From assembly GCA_964187785.1 (NCBI GenBank), contig OZ076409.1:51152001-51212000 (forward strand): a stretch of DNA of 60,000 nucleotides. The letters are read 5' to 3'. Below the pieces are notes generated by a model. It was not told the origin of the DNA. It saw only the letters and a list, made by a program, of their open reading frames with translations, and made no database searches. Both the position numbers and the translations under genes were made by a program. Below are positions 1 to 12,106 of the stretch, one piece after another. Position 1 is the stretch's first letter; each line of letters opens with the position of its first letter. The stretch comes from Amphiscolops sp. MND2022. Its lineage: Eukaryota.

Positions 1-199
1 ACGCTGTCAGCTAGTTGGTCGGAAAGAGACTTGTTTTTCTCAATCAGGTTTTTCACCTGATCTTTCAATTCTTGACTTTTTTGCTCCAGACTTTCCGATA
101 CTGCGTTTTGTCGTGCCAAAAAGTCACTTTCTAATTTTGCCTTTGAATCAGTCAGTGTTTCCAACTGATCAATCAGAAACATGTTCTCGTCTTTCAGAC
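1..199 (-). CDS. Coiled-coil protein, exon running off the left edge of the window
   Basis: CAG acceptor at 200-202. Phase-1 frame LKDENMFLIDQLETLTDSKAKLESDFLARQNAVSESLEQKSQELKDQVKNLIEKNKSLSDQL is open to base 1 and shows a heptad pattern. Confidence 0.7.
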
Positions 200-530
200 C
201 TGCAAAAACATTGTATTGTAATGAGTACTCGATGTCCGATTAACCTGTTTTGTTTTGACGCAGCCAGACAAGGAAACATGGCTGGCAGAAATTGGAGGAA
301 AATGTATTTTTGGTAAGCTTTGTTGTACTAGCTCGAGATATATTTGTGCTTTTTCATGTTTTTCATGAAATATTCATTCAAACAATGTTTTTGATTTCTC
401 TATAATGCTACTTCAACATCCTCATTTACTGCTTGTAACATTTTGGCCCTCGTAACTAAGAAAAATTTGGCCTGAGCTTCCAATGTCATAATGCATAATA
501 ATTGTAATCTACAGCCCCATTTTATTAGTA

Positions 531-698
531 CAGTGTATCCCGGATATAAGGAACCCACTGGTATGAAATACCCGCTAATAGTCAATGCGTATCTTGGCCC
601 CGGGTGCTGATTTGATTCCTTTTCAAACCCGCATATAAAGTTCAGTCATAAGAAACAGAACTAGTTCTGTTGACGTTGACTATATCCGGGATCCACAG
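531..698. mobile_element. pogo/Tigger-type MITE (168 bp)
   Basis: TA flanks. TIRs CAGTGTATCCCGGATATA and (rc) CTGTGGATCCCGGATATA, 2 mismatches. Confidence 0.7.
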
Positions 699-877
699 TA
701 CAAACACTATTAGTTATTCAATCACAATACCTACTGTTTTCAGTACTTGTGCAAATAGGGACATTCAGCTTCTGAAACTATGGCTTTGATGGAATCTACA
801 TTGATCAACTTTTTTGTGAATATCCGATATCATTTGAACGATTAAAAGAACAAGAAAGTTCGAAGCCAAATGCTTAC

Positions 878-1217
878 TAGCTATTAGATCAACGTTTTCT
901 TGATTTTCTTTCGTTGTTTGCAGCAGCTGCTCTTGAATCGATTCGTAATCTTCAGTCTTCGTCTGATGTTCTTTTAGCAGAGTCAATTCCAAGTTGAGTT
1001 TGTTCAGTTGCTGCTCTTGTGATAACTTATCTTCTAGTAGCTGTAAGTTTTCTGATCTCAGAGCGTCGAATATGCTCTTTTCATCCGCACTGCTGGTCAA
1101 TACATTGGGACTATTGGCCGGCACTACTTGCGTTTTCTCAGAAGAGTCTCGTTTCTTCATTGTCTGAAATTTTTTGTATTTTGTGAACATTTCATAATAG
1201 TGGACATTGAACTCTGC
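878..1217 (-). CDS. Coiled-coil protein exon
   Basis: TAG acceptor at 1218-1220, GTAAGC donor at 877. Reads AEFNVHYYEMFTKYKK...ENLQLLEDKLSQEQQLNKLNLEL. Phases match neighbouring exons. Confidence 0.72.
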
Positions 1218-1679
1218 CTAGTTTTTTTTTAGTTACACTCTTCGATTTTCGAATCATAATAAATTTTTAATACCTAGTGTAAAATGCCTTGAATATTCTG
1301 ATGGTAGTCTAAACGAATAATCGTGTTACTTAATAAAACGATAAGAACTCGCACTCATTAACTTTTGCGCTTAACTTCTCAACACAAATTATTGGGTACC
1401 AAAGTTATAGAAGCTCAAAAAAGTGATCTTATGAACGATAGGCCCCCATCATATCCTTATGACGCACACGCCACCCGAGTTGCACCTGAGAACAGACACC
1501 TATAAAATTAACCTGACAATTGTCTAATTGTGCAAGATGCTACTGGCAAATATTTGTATTTCTCATTGTCCGTCCAAATATTCACGTTCTAACTATACAT
1601 ATTACAGTATTTGTCCAAGAATAACTGAAAATTGAGTATTATCAAGCATTTTTAGTTCCTTCTCAATCTCATCTTACCT

Positions 1680-2140
1680 GGGGGCACGACAATTCGTACA
1701 CTCGACATCTCGTGCAAAAAACGAAACCAGACATTTCGTACAAAAATGAAACCCGACATTTCGTGCAATTTATATTTTACAACTTATTATTATAACGTAG
1801 TCAGCTATGTTCACATACCCCTGGTGCCCTAAATGCAGGAGCGAAGCGGAGCGACGTGCCATTTGGCCATGCCTCAATGTTGCTACTTGGCGAAGGGAGC
1901 GAAGCGACCGAGCCATACAACATATATGCTAACCTCTTCAATTGAATCAAGTTCCATACATATTGGCTGTAACAGCACTGAAAGCTAGTAATTCTGTTGT
2001 TTGAGACCTATTTTGCAAATCTGTTCAATTTAATTTTGTACGAAATGTCCGGTTTCATTTTTGTACCAATTGTCCGTGAACGAAATGTCGGGTTTTTGGC
2101 TATTGTACGAAATGTCGTTTGTACGAATTGTCGTGGTGCC
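1680..2140. mobile_element. Mutator/MULE-like MITE, copy 1
   Basis: 9-bp TSD ATCTTACCT at 1671-1679 and 2141-2149. G-initiated TIRs (GGGGGCACGACAATTCGTAC / GGCACCACGACAATTCGTAC) with subterminal GACATTTCGTAC repeats. Confidence 0.85.
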
Positions 2141-2372
2141 ATCTTACCTAAGCCACGCTCAATTTTTGTGTAAATCACTAGTGTCAATTGACACCTCTGT
2201 TTGTATGTCACCTTATGAAGCATAGGCTATCCAAGTTGCACCTCCTGAAGATTAGGCCCCCAAGCATACTTGTGACGGATGGGCTGTCGTTCATAAGAGC
2301 CAAAAGAGGTCACGGTGCTGTAATAGTATGTCTTTAAACGAGAAGAGAGCAGTTGACCAAACTATTACTAAC

Positions 2373-2618
2373 TTTGACGTATTCGTTGTATATCTGTTTG
2401 TACATGTAGGCCGGTACAAAGTCCTTTTGGTAGTTCTCCAGCTTAGTTTCCAGTTCCTGCCTGACCTCCTTACTGTGCTCATTCTGTCTGTTGAGGAAAG
2501 CTACTTCGTCGATCAACTCGAAGATCTTCGTGGTCAGTTTCTGGAAAGCTTCTTTGATCTCTGGTGTGTTTAAAGCTGTTACATCCAAGTAGATGGTCTG
2601 TGAGGTTCCGGAGGTGTA
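2373..2618 (-). CDS. Coiled-coil protein exon
   Basis: ORF ...LNTPEIKEAFQKLTTKIFELIDEVAFLNRQNEHSKEVRQELETKLENYQK...YVK ends at a GTTAGT donor. Acceptor is either TTTTGTTCAAG (2619) or CAG (2576), so the 5' boundary is uncertain. Confidence 0.6.
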
Positions 2619-3700
2619 CTTGAACAAAATACCCAGAACATTTCAGCATTTCTGTGTAAAAATTTATCGACATGCCATAGGGAACGCTCGTTTTTTGTTC
2701 AAACATTGCTACAACTAGACGGTGATGAAATGTTTATTTTTATCGACTCAGTATTAGCAATGAAAACTGTTTAGCGACTCAGTATTAGCTATGAAAACTG
2801 CTATTTCTGAACTTGGAACTTGAAGCAGCAGTTAGGAGAGAAGAAGCAATGTTCAAATACCACTATTTCAATATCGTTTGTGATGAAATTTCGGTACAAT
2901 AAAAATAATTGATGTCGACATTATTTTACATTGATCGACAGTTGCTCAATTTTTATTTTATGGCGTACAAACTAGGCTTTGAAATAGGTACCTTCCTATA
3001 CTATTTGGGCTTAATATGGGCGTGAAGTTTTGCTGTTTCGAAAAAAATATCGTGAAGTCGATCATTGTTGCCGGGAATGTCAAACCAGCCCTAAAGACGC
3101 ATTTTTCATGTATAAAATCGGTTTTCATGTTGGAGGTTGTAGTGAGAAATAGGGTTACCTGGAGGAATAAAAACCATGGTCCAATCTTTCTGACCAATTC
3201 TTCAAGATAAATTTGGTTCAACTAGTATGTCTTGCACTTTCACAGTCAAATTTGGTAGCCAGTCTCGCTGTTTTTCGGTTTTCCATAAAATATTGGGGCG
3301 CTTCAATTAATTTCATTTTTCCTCGATTTTGTCAGTTACATTTTAATAAAACCTTCATTAGGTTTAATCTCGAGTTATTGAATAGTTGTATTGATGTCCT
3401 CTGGAAATCAAGTGCTCCTAATTTTGTATAAATGTCAAAATTTGAAGTTGGGTTACCTTTATTAGCGATCCAAGCATATCTTCAACTTCTTGCAAGGTTT
3501 CAGAATGGCTCACTGAGATCTTGTTGCATTCGTTAACCTAAATTGGAGTGAGTTTTGAAGCGTTTTCCCCGTTTTACTAGAGCAGAATTTCTGAGTAAAA
3601 GTTTCTCAGATGGTTTTTTTGTTTTTAAAAAATTCGTAGAAAACTACGCCGAATGCAGTTCGGCTGAAACTTTTCGAATTTTAAAGAACGCAAACTGGTG

Positions 3701-4203
3701 GGCACCACGACAATTCGTACAAACGACATTTCGTATAATAGCCAAAAACCCGACATTTCGTACACGGACAATTGGTACAAAAATGAAACCGGACATTTCG
3801 TACAAAATTAATTTGAACAGATTTGCAAAATAGGTCTCAAACGACAGAATTACTAGCTTTCAGTGCTGTTACAGCCAACATGTATGGAACTTGATTCAAT
3901 TAAAGAGGTTAGCATATATGTTGTATGGCTGGGTCGCTTCGCTCCCTTCGCCAAGTAGCAACATTGAGGCATGGCCATATGGCACGTCGCTCCGCTTCGC
4001 TTCTCTCCTGCATTTAGGGCACTAGGGGTATGTGAACATAGCTGACTTATAATAATAAGTTGTATAATATAAATTGCACGAAATGTCGGGTTTCATTTCT
4101 GTACGAAATGTCTGGTTTCGCTTTTGTACGAAATGTCTGGTTTTGGTTTTTGTATGAGATGTCGTGTGTACGAAATGTCGTGTGTACTAATTGTCGCGCC
4201 CCC
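3701..4203. mobile_element. Mutator/MULE-like MITE, copy 2 (inverted relative to copy 1)
   Basis: Reverse-complement homologue of 1680..2140. 9-bp TSD AAACTGGTG at 3692-3700 and 4204-4212. Confidence 0.85.
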
Positions 4204-4362
4204 AAACTGGTGTAATAGTTGCTGAATACCTAATTAATACAAATAACGCGTCATGGGAGTTAATTTAAATTGTTCTAATTATGAAATAATTTTGATGTGT
4301 AGAATTTCCATTTTTTATGGGCATTTCTTTATCGGCACTTGGGTTGAGCTAAAATGGTAATA

Positions 4363-4510
4363 CAGTCAACTCCGGTTAATTCCTATCCGGATAATTCGGA
4401 TCGTTTAATTCGTATGTATCTGAGACCCCCATTTCGCAACGACCACAGCATTGTCATCCGCTTAATTCGTATTTCTCATTATTCGTACTATTTTATTCGG
4501 TCCCTAACGA
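4363..4510. mobile_element. Truncated pogo/Tigger-like MITE end
   Basis: TA|CAGTCAACTCCGGTTAATTC terminus followed by repeated TAATTCG motifs. No partner TIR seen. Confidence 0.4.
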
Positions 4511-4679
4511 TACGATGTACCCAGTACCATCTCAAATTTAACTACTTTCTTGCAAGAGGCTCTGAGAAAAGTTCACTTCGTTATACGGCGAGTTTTCCGC
4601 GGTATCTTTTTCGGCGTTATTTGCGACTTTCAAGTTAGCTCTAATGACTGATGTATTTATCTATTTTTCAGATTTTAAC

Positions 4680-4859
4680 TTTGCTCTCCAGTTTGTGAAT
4701 GATGCTCTGATATGTGTCCATGGTTCTCTTGAAGTCCGATTCCTTCTCTTTTAACTTGCTCTGCAAATCACTGCTGTATTTCTCTTCTAGTTCTTTTCTC
4801 ATCAGATCCAGTTCTGTCGAATGCGTGCTCTCCAAATCGTCCCTCATTTTCTCGAGGTC
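4680..4859 (-). CDS. Coiled-coil protein exon (may instead read through to TGA at 4668-4670)
   Basis: TAG acceptor at 4860-4862. DLEKMRDDLESTHSTELDLMRKELEEKYSSDLQSKLKEKESDFKRTMDTYQSIIHKLESK, followed by a weak GTTAAA donor. Confidence 0.75.
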
Positions 4860-5029
4860 CTAAAAACAGAATTTTCAAATCTTATGAATAGTTCTGTTGT
4901 TCCATTAGACAATTGTCACCTCAAACTTAATTTTTTTTTGGAATTTAATCAAATAGTATTTTCCTATTGAATTAAGGCCAAGTCCTCACCCAAAAAGTCA
5001 ATATTTTTCGATGCTTAGGGAAAAAATAC

Positions 5030-5164
5030 CTTTAAATGCTTGTGGCGCAATTCTTTAGTAACTGAATTCTTGGTAGATTCGACTTCTCTCTTCAACCGCT
5101 TCTTGAACGTGTCCTCCAGGTCCTTCTGCTCTGCTTCGAATCTTTCTTTCATTTTCTGTCTCAC
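5030..5164 (-). CDS. Coiled-coil protein exon
   Basis: CAG acceptor, GTATTT donor, phase 0/0. VRQKMKERFEAEQKDLEDTFKKRLKREVESTKNSVTKELRHKHLK. Confidence 0.8.
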
Positions 5165-5513
5165 CTGCAAATAACCAGTGATCATGTTTGAAGTTTTTGA
5201 TAAATCTTGTATCCTTTTTCAATATAAAATTTTTACTAACACATTGTTAGACTAACAGAAACTACTATATTTAATATCAACGAAGCCGCGCTAAAATATC
5301 AAAAAAGACTCTGCGTTCCTGATAAAGAACCATCTTTAAGTTAAGAAAAACTAATATTTTTTGGTCCAAGTCAATATTAGGCACCCAAAATGAAGTTATC
5401 ATGTGCAATAGAAGTGAAGGCGTACAGTAGCCAAATGTACGTTTATTTTGGAATTTGTAGCGCTATTTTTCCGCGGATTGTATAGTAAATATCACTTCAA
5501 AAACCGGTCTGAC

Positions 5514-5680
5514 CTTTCGCTCGATCTCGCCCTCTTGGGTGTGGGAGATGGCTTCTTCCTGCTTCTTGATTCTCTCTTTCTGCTCCTTCATCTGCTTCTT
5601 CATCTCGTCCATCTCCTCCTTCTTGCTCTGCATTTCGTTCTCCATCTTCCTCAATTTCTCTTCCAGAATTGCGTTGTCTT
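5514..5680 (-). CDS. Coiled-coil protein exon
   Basis: TAG acceptor at 5681-5683, GTCAGA donor, phase 1/0. EDNAILEEKLRKMENEMQSKKEEMDEMKKQMKEQKERIKK. Confidence 0.8.
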
Positions 5681-5970
5681 CTATATACAAGACGGAACCA
5701 AATTTAGTCTATTGCGCAATCGGCTGCAAATGATCGACGACCACTCGAGAACGATTGCGGCACCTTAACCACGTTTAGGCGAAAAAAAAACATTTTATGT
5801 TAGTAAACTTGCTCTACCTGAATTATCTCTAAAAATAGCCAATTATCATTACAATGCCTTGTGTAAAATAATGTATTTGTTCGCAAAATATGGTTCCGCA
5901 CGGGCGAATTGGTACTTGCTTTCTAAATGCTGCTTCTATTCTATACCATCTAGAAATAGGAAAATCCTAC

Positions 5971-6351
5971 CTTGCACAGAACTATACTCTTCATTGACTG
6001 CCCCAATCATTTTTTCCTTTTCGTGAACTTTCAACATCAACTCGTAGATTTCTTTCTTGAGTTCTTTGATTTCAGCTTTCGTCTCGGTCAATTCAGAACC
6101 TTTCATCTCTGCTTCGGTTTGGCTTTCTTTCAACTGCTTATGCAGTTTATCGGCCTTGGTTTTTAGTTGATCGTTTGTTTCTGACAAGCGATCTTCGCGA
6201 TTCTCAAACTGGTTCGTCAATGATTGAATCAAGTCGCATTTTGATTGAAGAGATGTTCTCAAGTTTTCGTTCTCTTCTGCTACTTCGTTCAAACTGCTTT
6301 GTAGAAAATCTTTTTCAGGATCACAGCTTTCATGGACAGAAGCTTTTGTTT
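5971..6351 (-). CDS. Coiled-coil protein exon
   Basis: TTTTAG acceptor, GTAGGA donor, phase 1/1. Long E/K/L heptad-rich frame. Confidence 0.8.
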
Positions 6352-6540
6352 CTAAAATACACATAATTTTTAAGACAAAAAAAGTTTTCACTAAAATGAA
6401 AACGTTCAAGAGGATCTTCCGATGTTCGAATTGAATTTTGTATTTAAATTTGACCAAATAATGGTATAAAAAATGTCGATGTCAAGTTTGTGTAATAAAT
6501 CCTGTCGTCACTGATTGAGCTCTTAGCGATGTTCTGTATA

Positions 6541-8119
6541 CAGTGGAGTTCGCTTATTAGCAATTGCTCTAATAGCAAGATTCATATATTAGCAAGTAAA
6601 AAATCCTCCCGAGCGGTATACGGTGTGAGATTGTTTGCCTATTAGCAATTTTCTTAATAGCAAGATTTTTTATTAGCAAGGATTTTTCATGTCCCGGGAG
6701 TCACTTTTCTCAGAAATATTCGCTTAATAGCGAGATGGAAGGTGAAATTCTGTGACATTTCTGAGAAATAGGCACAATGCGTTTACATGCACATGCAAAG
6801 GAGTCTTGTTATTTTATTCAATAATTGAATCTGTTGATATCTTCAGATTGGTTAATATGTCTACCAAACGTCCACGCACGGAACTTTCATTGTGTAAGAA
6901 ATATGATATTGTTAAAGAGCTGAACGGGGGCGCGAAGCAGGCCGATGTGGCCAAAAAATATGGGATCAATGAGTCAACCGTTTCTAGAATTAAAAAAGAG
7001 CGCCAATCCATTTCAAAAAAATTTGAAACGGGTGAGAAAAACCCAAAGCAAAAAAGAAACCGCAATATTGGCTTTGCAGATGTTGATCAGGCACTTTATA
7101 ATTGGGTTGTTAGTACGGCTTCTGGATTGCCTGGGCTCAGTGGGCAAATGTTATGTCAGTGGGCACATGGTAAAAGGGCAGAAATTTTCAGGCGGAAAAC
7201 GTTCAAAAGAGCGAATTTCCGTTTTGGTTGGAGCATCTGCGGGCGGAGAAAAACTGCCACTTCTCACCATTGGCAAGTTTCAGCAGCCACGTTGTTTCCG
7301 AAGAAGCTCCCCTCCTATCCAATATTTCGCCAACAAAAAAGCATGGATGACGGCTTCTATATTTGTTGACTACATTAAGCACCTTGAGGTCAAATTTAAA
7401 CGGGAAAGACGAAGAATTGCTCTTATTTTGGACAACTGTTCTGCGCATCCCCATGAGATTCCAAAAAGCTCGTCACGAAACAGCTAAACGCGATGGATGA
7501 AAGAACTGTCATGAACATTGACTTGCTGGAGGGACTTATTTTGCTGCAACGAAGTTGGGAAGAGGTGAAATCCGACACAGTTCGAAATTGCTTTAAGCAC
7601 GTGGGATTCGTTAATGAAACGGTTACCGAAGATGTCGAGAATGCTGGCTCGGAATGTTTTATTGTCGAGGGTCAAATTTTGCCAAATTATCCAAGTTTAA
7701 GCGAACAGGATTGGGTGGAATATATTGATGCAGATAACGATTGTGCAACGGATGGAAACGACGAAAAGATGCCCCAACTTCAAACTCCAGCTGGAGATAC
7801 TGTTTTGACCATTGACAGCGATGAAGAAACAGAGGAAAATGAAGAATGCCCCGTGCGCGCTCAAGATGCATTGAATGCAGTTGGGTTAATACGGCGCTTT
7901 CTTGCCAACCAAGAAGGTAGCTGGCATCACATGAACAATCTGATGAACATTGAAGACTTTATTTCTATTCAGCGACAAGAGAATATGCATCAAACTACAT
8001 TAAATGCTTATTTTTCCAATATTTAAGGGAATTTAATTCATGTTTGCATATTAGAAAGTTTTTTTATTAGCAAGATTTACGAGGACCCCCTGCGACTTGC
8101 TATTAAGCAAACTCTACTG
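6541..8119 (+). mobile_element. pogo/Tigger DNA transposon, internally deleted, copy 1 (1579 bp)
   Basis: TA TSD. TIRs CAGTGGAGTTCGCTTATTAGCAA / CAGTAGAGTTTGCTTAATAGCAA. Fragmented transposase: psq-type HTH (MSTKRPRTELSL...), CENP-B HTH start, DDE_1 pieces (NKKAWMT, LILDNCSAH) and an acidic tail. Confidence 0.93.
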
Positions 8120-8310
8120 TACTCTTTTCTGAAATTTTTGAATAATCGAAAATCATGCAGACTTATAGAACGGATGTTTCGTTGATTTTGAAAAGCATTG
8201 TTTCGAATACTTTTTTTTGCTATTTCTGCTAAGCTGGAGTATTATTGAAACACAATTTTTTTCAGCCGACCGTCTGTAAAGTTTTCGTCCGTTCAATTCT
8301 AACCATCGTC

Positions 8311-8706
8311 TTTTTAGTCGGCGCTTCATGAAGTGAAACGCGACTATTATAGTGACTTTTTTTCAATCCACACGAACTGACCAAAATAGTTCCTGAAAGT
8401 TCTACAAAATTTTATGGTCTCAAATTGAATCATTTGGCCAGCGAACTGAACCAAAAAGGTTTTTCCTTTTTCTGCGTAACATACCATGCCGGGAGAGACT
8501 AAAGGATCTGTCCCCCTTTCAGTTTTTTTTCGGCATTGTGAGACTTTTTTTCGAAAAGTTTTTCGCGTCAGTTCCAACGTTTGGGTTTTTCGTGAGTTTG
8601 ATACTCTTTTTGTGAGTTTGATACTTTGAGTTTTTTGACACTTTCATGTCCTTTTGCCATTTTTGAGCCTTAGATATGGCGCTGATTTATGCCGTTCCCG
8701 GCTTGT
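8311..8706 (-). mobile_element. DINE-1/HINE-like non-autonomous Helentron, family A (shortened copy)
   Basis: Ends TTTTAGTCGGCGCTTCATGAAGTGAAACGCGACT and ...CCGTTCCCGGCTTGTT. Homologous to 54140..54823. Confidence 0.65.
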
Positions 8707-9159
8707 TTCGTTTTTTTAGCAGCTAGGTGAGACAGTTTTTGTCGGAAAAAAGCAAGCGTCTGTTAATTTTTGACTCATCGTTCGCGGGTACCGTTGACTA
8801 CTTTCAAAAAAAGTGAATGCAAAAGTTTGTTATTCTCCACTAATAGTACTATAATTTTCGAATGCAAAGGATTTGTAACAAAGTCATAGTCTAAGATTTG
8901 ATTTAAATGCTTTGAATGAAATTTGATAGGCTTGCAAGTCCATTGCTTGATTCAGTAATTGAGACTATTTTGAAAAATCTGCTTGAAATCGAAAGATTTT
9001 CTCCTGCAGACTTTCATCAAAATTAGATTATACCGGAAAGCTTATTTGGAAATGATAACCATACGGTTTTTTTAATTTTTCCGCTAATTTGCATTTGCAG
9101 AAATGTTATTGAGCCCCGAAAGGACCTGTTTTGTAGAAATGGAAAAAGATGTCACATAC

Positions 9160-9355
9160 CCAGATCTTTCATGGTGTACTGCATTTCGGATATTTTGTTC
9201 TCGAGAGTGTCTCGTTTTTTGATTTCTTCGTCGAGTGCTCTCTGGAACTCCTTCAGCTGCTTTTCCACTCTCTGCTTCTCTTGCTCCAAACTCCGTGTCT
9301 TCTTCACGCTGGACCGCGACTCCATCTCAGCCTCGTTCAGTTTGATTGCGTAATC
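9160..9355 (-). CDS. Coiled-coil protein exon
   Basis: TTTGAAG acceptor, GTATGT donor, phase 0/1. DYAIKLNEAEMESRSSVKKTRSLEQEKQRVEKQLKEFQRALDEE. Confidence 0.8.
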
Positions 9356-10678
9356 CTTCAAACGACAGCAAGTTATAATCGACAGTTCAACAATGAATTT
9401 TTCATTATCTGCCCGTGTAAGGGAAACGAAAATGAATTTTAGCTGGCGTTTATATTAGAAATTCCGTCATAATCCAGTTTGAACTCAAGAAAATTCTTCA
9501 GGCAAGTCTCAGTGCCGAAAAAGGCGCTTTAAGCTCACTAAACGATTTTTTCAGGTCTTCTCTTTTCCACAATCATTGAAAGAACTCATCAGTTCCACAG
9601 TATCAATTTTTTCGAAGTCTCACGGTGCCGAAAACGCTAGAGAGGGAACCCGTTGGGCTTTTTAACATCCAGTTTGTTGGAGAAAATCAAAATAACCTTC
9701 GGCGAAATCAAGAAATTTTGGGGAAAAATTTTTGTCGAAAAAAAAATTGAAATCGAACCCTTTTGCAACAAATTAGATGCGTCTCCGAGGCGTTCGTTTA
9801 GTTGAATAAAAAAGTGTCAATGGGAGTCTTAAGAAAAAATTATCTGAGTCTTAAGAAACTTCTGAACGCACTAGATGAACGTATGGAAAAGACAATTCTT
9901 GAATAAAATTTTTAGACAATATTACATTGCATTGTACGCATTTTGACGAATTATTGACTTGATGTCTCTGAAATCAAGGAACTGAGACCAAAAAATTGAA
10001 AAAGCAGTGCAAATTTTCGGTTTTTTTTTTCATTTTCCGTTTGTAGCCACTTTATCCCACTGGTATCAAGGTTGGGTCGCAGCGGCCCTAGCATGTTTTG
10101 GAACTTGCTGAAATGCAGTCAGAAATAACTCGCGCTAACGGTTCCCCATCCCAGCAATTCACAACTCAATTTGAAAGCCATTAGTGACTTCTTTCGAACG
10201 CACCATAAATCATTTGTCGGACTTGAATAGTTTAGAAGATATTGCGGTTTAAAGTTTAAGCTCCAGATTTTTGGATGGCTTCGGAAATTTAGTGTTAATC
10301 GAGGTATCTGGGTCATTGCCTCGAAAATGCCGAAAAATTGCGATTTTCAAGAAATTTTTTGTGACAATTTTTGAATGTTTCTGATGTGATGATAATTCAG
10401 AGTTTGAACAAGTTAGATTTTCACCATATTTTTTAGATTGAAATCTGAACTGTCTTACAAAGAAGTGCTCAGAATAACCATAAAGTGTGAAATTTTCAAA
10501 CGCTTCGAGGTTTTCGTGAACGTTTCGCAGTTTATTGGCTATACTCGAGCCCCAACAATATTTTTTATCTTGATTTTTTTAAGGCGGAAGACATGCCGGT
10601 GTTTAGCGGACGTATTGTGAATGAATAAAAGCAATCCCAATGAAAATTTGACCAATTATTGAGGAAATTTTGGGGTAC

Positions 10679-10852
10679 CTTTAATAGGGCGTCTCTCTCC
10701 TTGAGCATAAGCTTCAGAACATCTGCATCTGACTGAGAGTTTCCTGGACTCTTTCTGGCCTCGCTTACCACTGTGCGGTAGACTAGACTGGACTCGTCTA
10801 GACTTTCACTCTCTTGTGCGTCATCTGTATCATCATGGTCTTCCAAGCCGTC
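10679..10852 (-). CDS. Coiled-coil protein exon
   Basis: CAG acceptor at 10853-10855, AG|GTACCC donor, phase 0/0. DGLEDHDD...DVLKLMLKERDALLK. Confidence 0.75.
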
Positions 10853-11338
10853 CTGTTGGAAGCAAATTTATTTTTAAGCTACTGTAATATTAGTTTATTT
10901 CATGTTGCATTTAGTGTGTGCTACGAAAGTGCATATCTCACTCCATTTCGGTATTGTATTCCTTCGCCTTTCTTGTGAAAAGAGTTTTACAAGAGTGAAA
11001 ACAGTGTCGAGTAATACCGTTGGGTTACTTCATTTTCATTCAAAATCTTCGTTATATGCATTCGTGTACGACAGTTTATTAACTATACACTGAGAAGTTT
11101 TTTAAAAATCATTTTTCTGGAATGAGATTTTTCCTGGATGGGCGAATTTTTGGGAAATATGTGAAACAAACGTCTTGAAAAATGTGTCATACTATACTTA
11201 ATTATCATTTTCTGCTTATATAACTTGAATATTTTTTAATCTCTTATCTGTACACTATTTTAAACTCACACTGCTTTGTTTTAAAACTATTTTTCATGTT
11301 TTAGCAACAAAGGTCGAATACTGTGTTTTTTTACTGAC

Positions 11339-11713
11339 CTTGTTTTTGAAGGTCGTCAAAACAGGAAATGTATGATCGTTTTTGTCGTCTTTGGTTGGTC
11401 TGGCTGAAGTATTGGCATTGTTGAGAAGTGAGCCTGGGTACTCCGGGCCGTTGGGTGCCAGAGTTATGGTTTCGGTGACTGGGTTTTTGTTGGTACCAGG
11501 CATGGTGGTTGAGTCTGCAATGTCACTTATTGTGGAAGTCGATTGTCTGAGCGAGTTTGAGTAGTTGTTGTTTGTGCCTCCTATCACTGAATTGACAGAA
11601 CTGGCCCCCGTGGAAGACGAAGTGTTGTGTTGGTTATCCTGCTGCTGCTGTTGAAGTTTTCGTTTCAAATCGCATATCGCTTCTTCGTAAGTAGAACGGT
11701 TGGGAAAGCTCAT
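11339..11713 (-). CDS. Coiled-coil protein exon (begins exactly with ATG)
   Basis: (CT)n-preceded CAG acceptor, AG|GTCAGT donor. MSFPNRSTYEEAICDLKRKLQQQQQ followed by an S/T/N-rich linker. Confidence 0.75.
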
Positions 11714-12106
11714 CTGTAACAGAGAGAGAGAGAGAGACTACACTTTTGAATTAACACTGAATCATATCTAAAAAGTTTTTCTGACAGCTTCCTATATCTT
11801 GGAAAGCTGTGCCATGGAATGAAAAACAATTCAGTTTGTTTTGGGAAACTAGAAAAATTCAATCATGAAGTTCCATGTTCCGAACCATTGTTTTTGCGCT
11901 TCTCTTTCAATAAATTAGTTGGAAAAGTAATTTATAAACTTCGAGTTTTTAAAACGTTGCCAACCTTGATGGAAGCCAACGCTTAGTGGAAGCTACAATG
12001 TAAAACTTATTACTATCGCATTCGAATTTTTAAGCAGCTTTTTTATTATTCCTCACGTTTTTTCACTACAAAGCCATAATTTCTCAAATCAGCCTCATAT
12101 TCTCAC

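Noticed and set aside
2479..2706. Independent gene start at ATG 2706
   Set aside because: Its nearby donor is phase 2, which does not match the phase-1 acceptor at 2576. The peptide is unremarkable.
2744..2801. 31-bp tandem duplication
   Set aside because: Simple local slippage with no evidence of function.
5448..5768. Hydrophobic plus-strand ORF resembling a membrane protein
   Set aside because: It is the antisense shadow of the E/K-rich coiled-coil exon.
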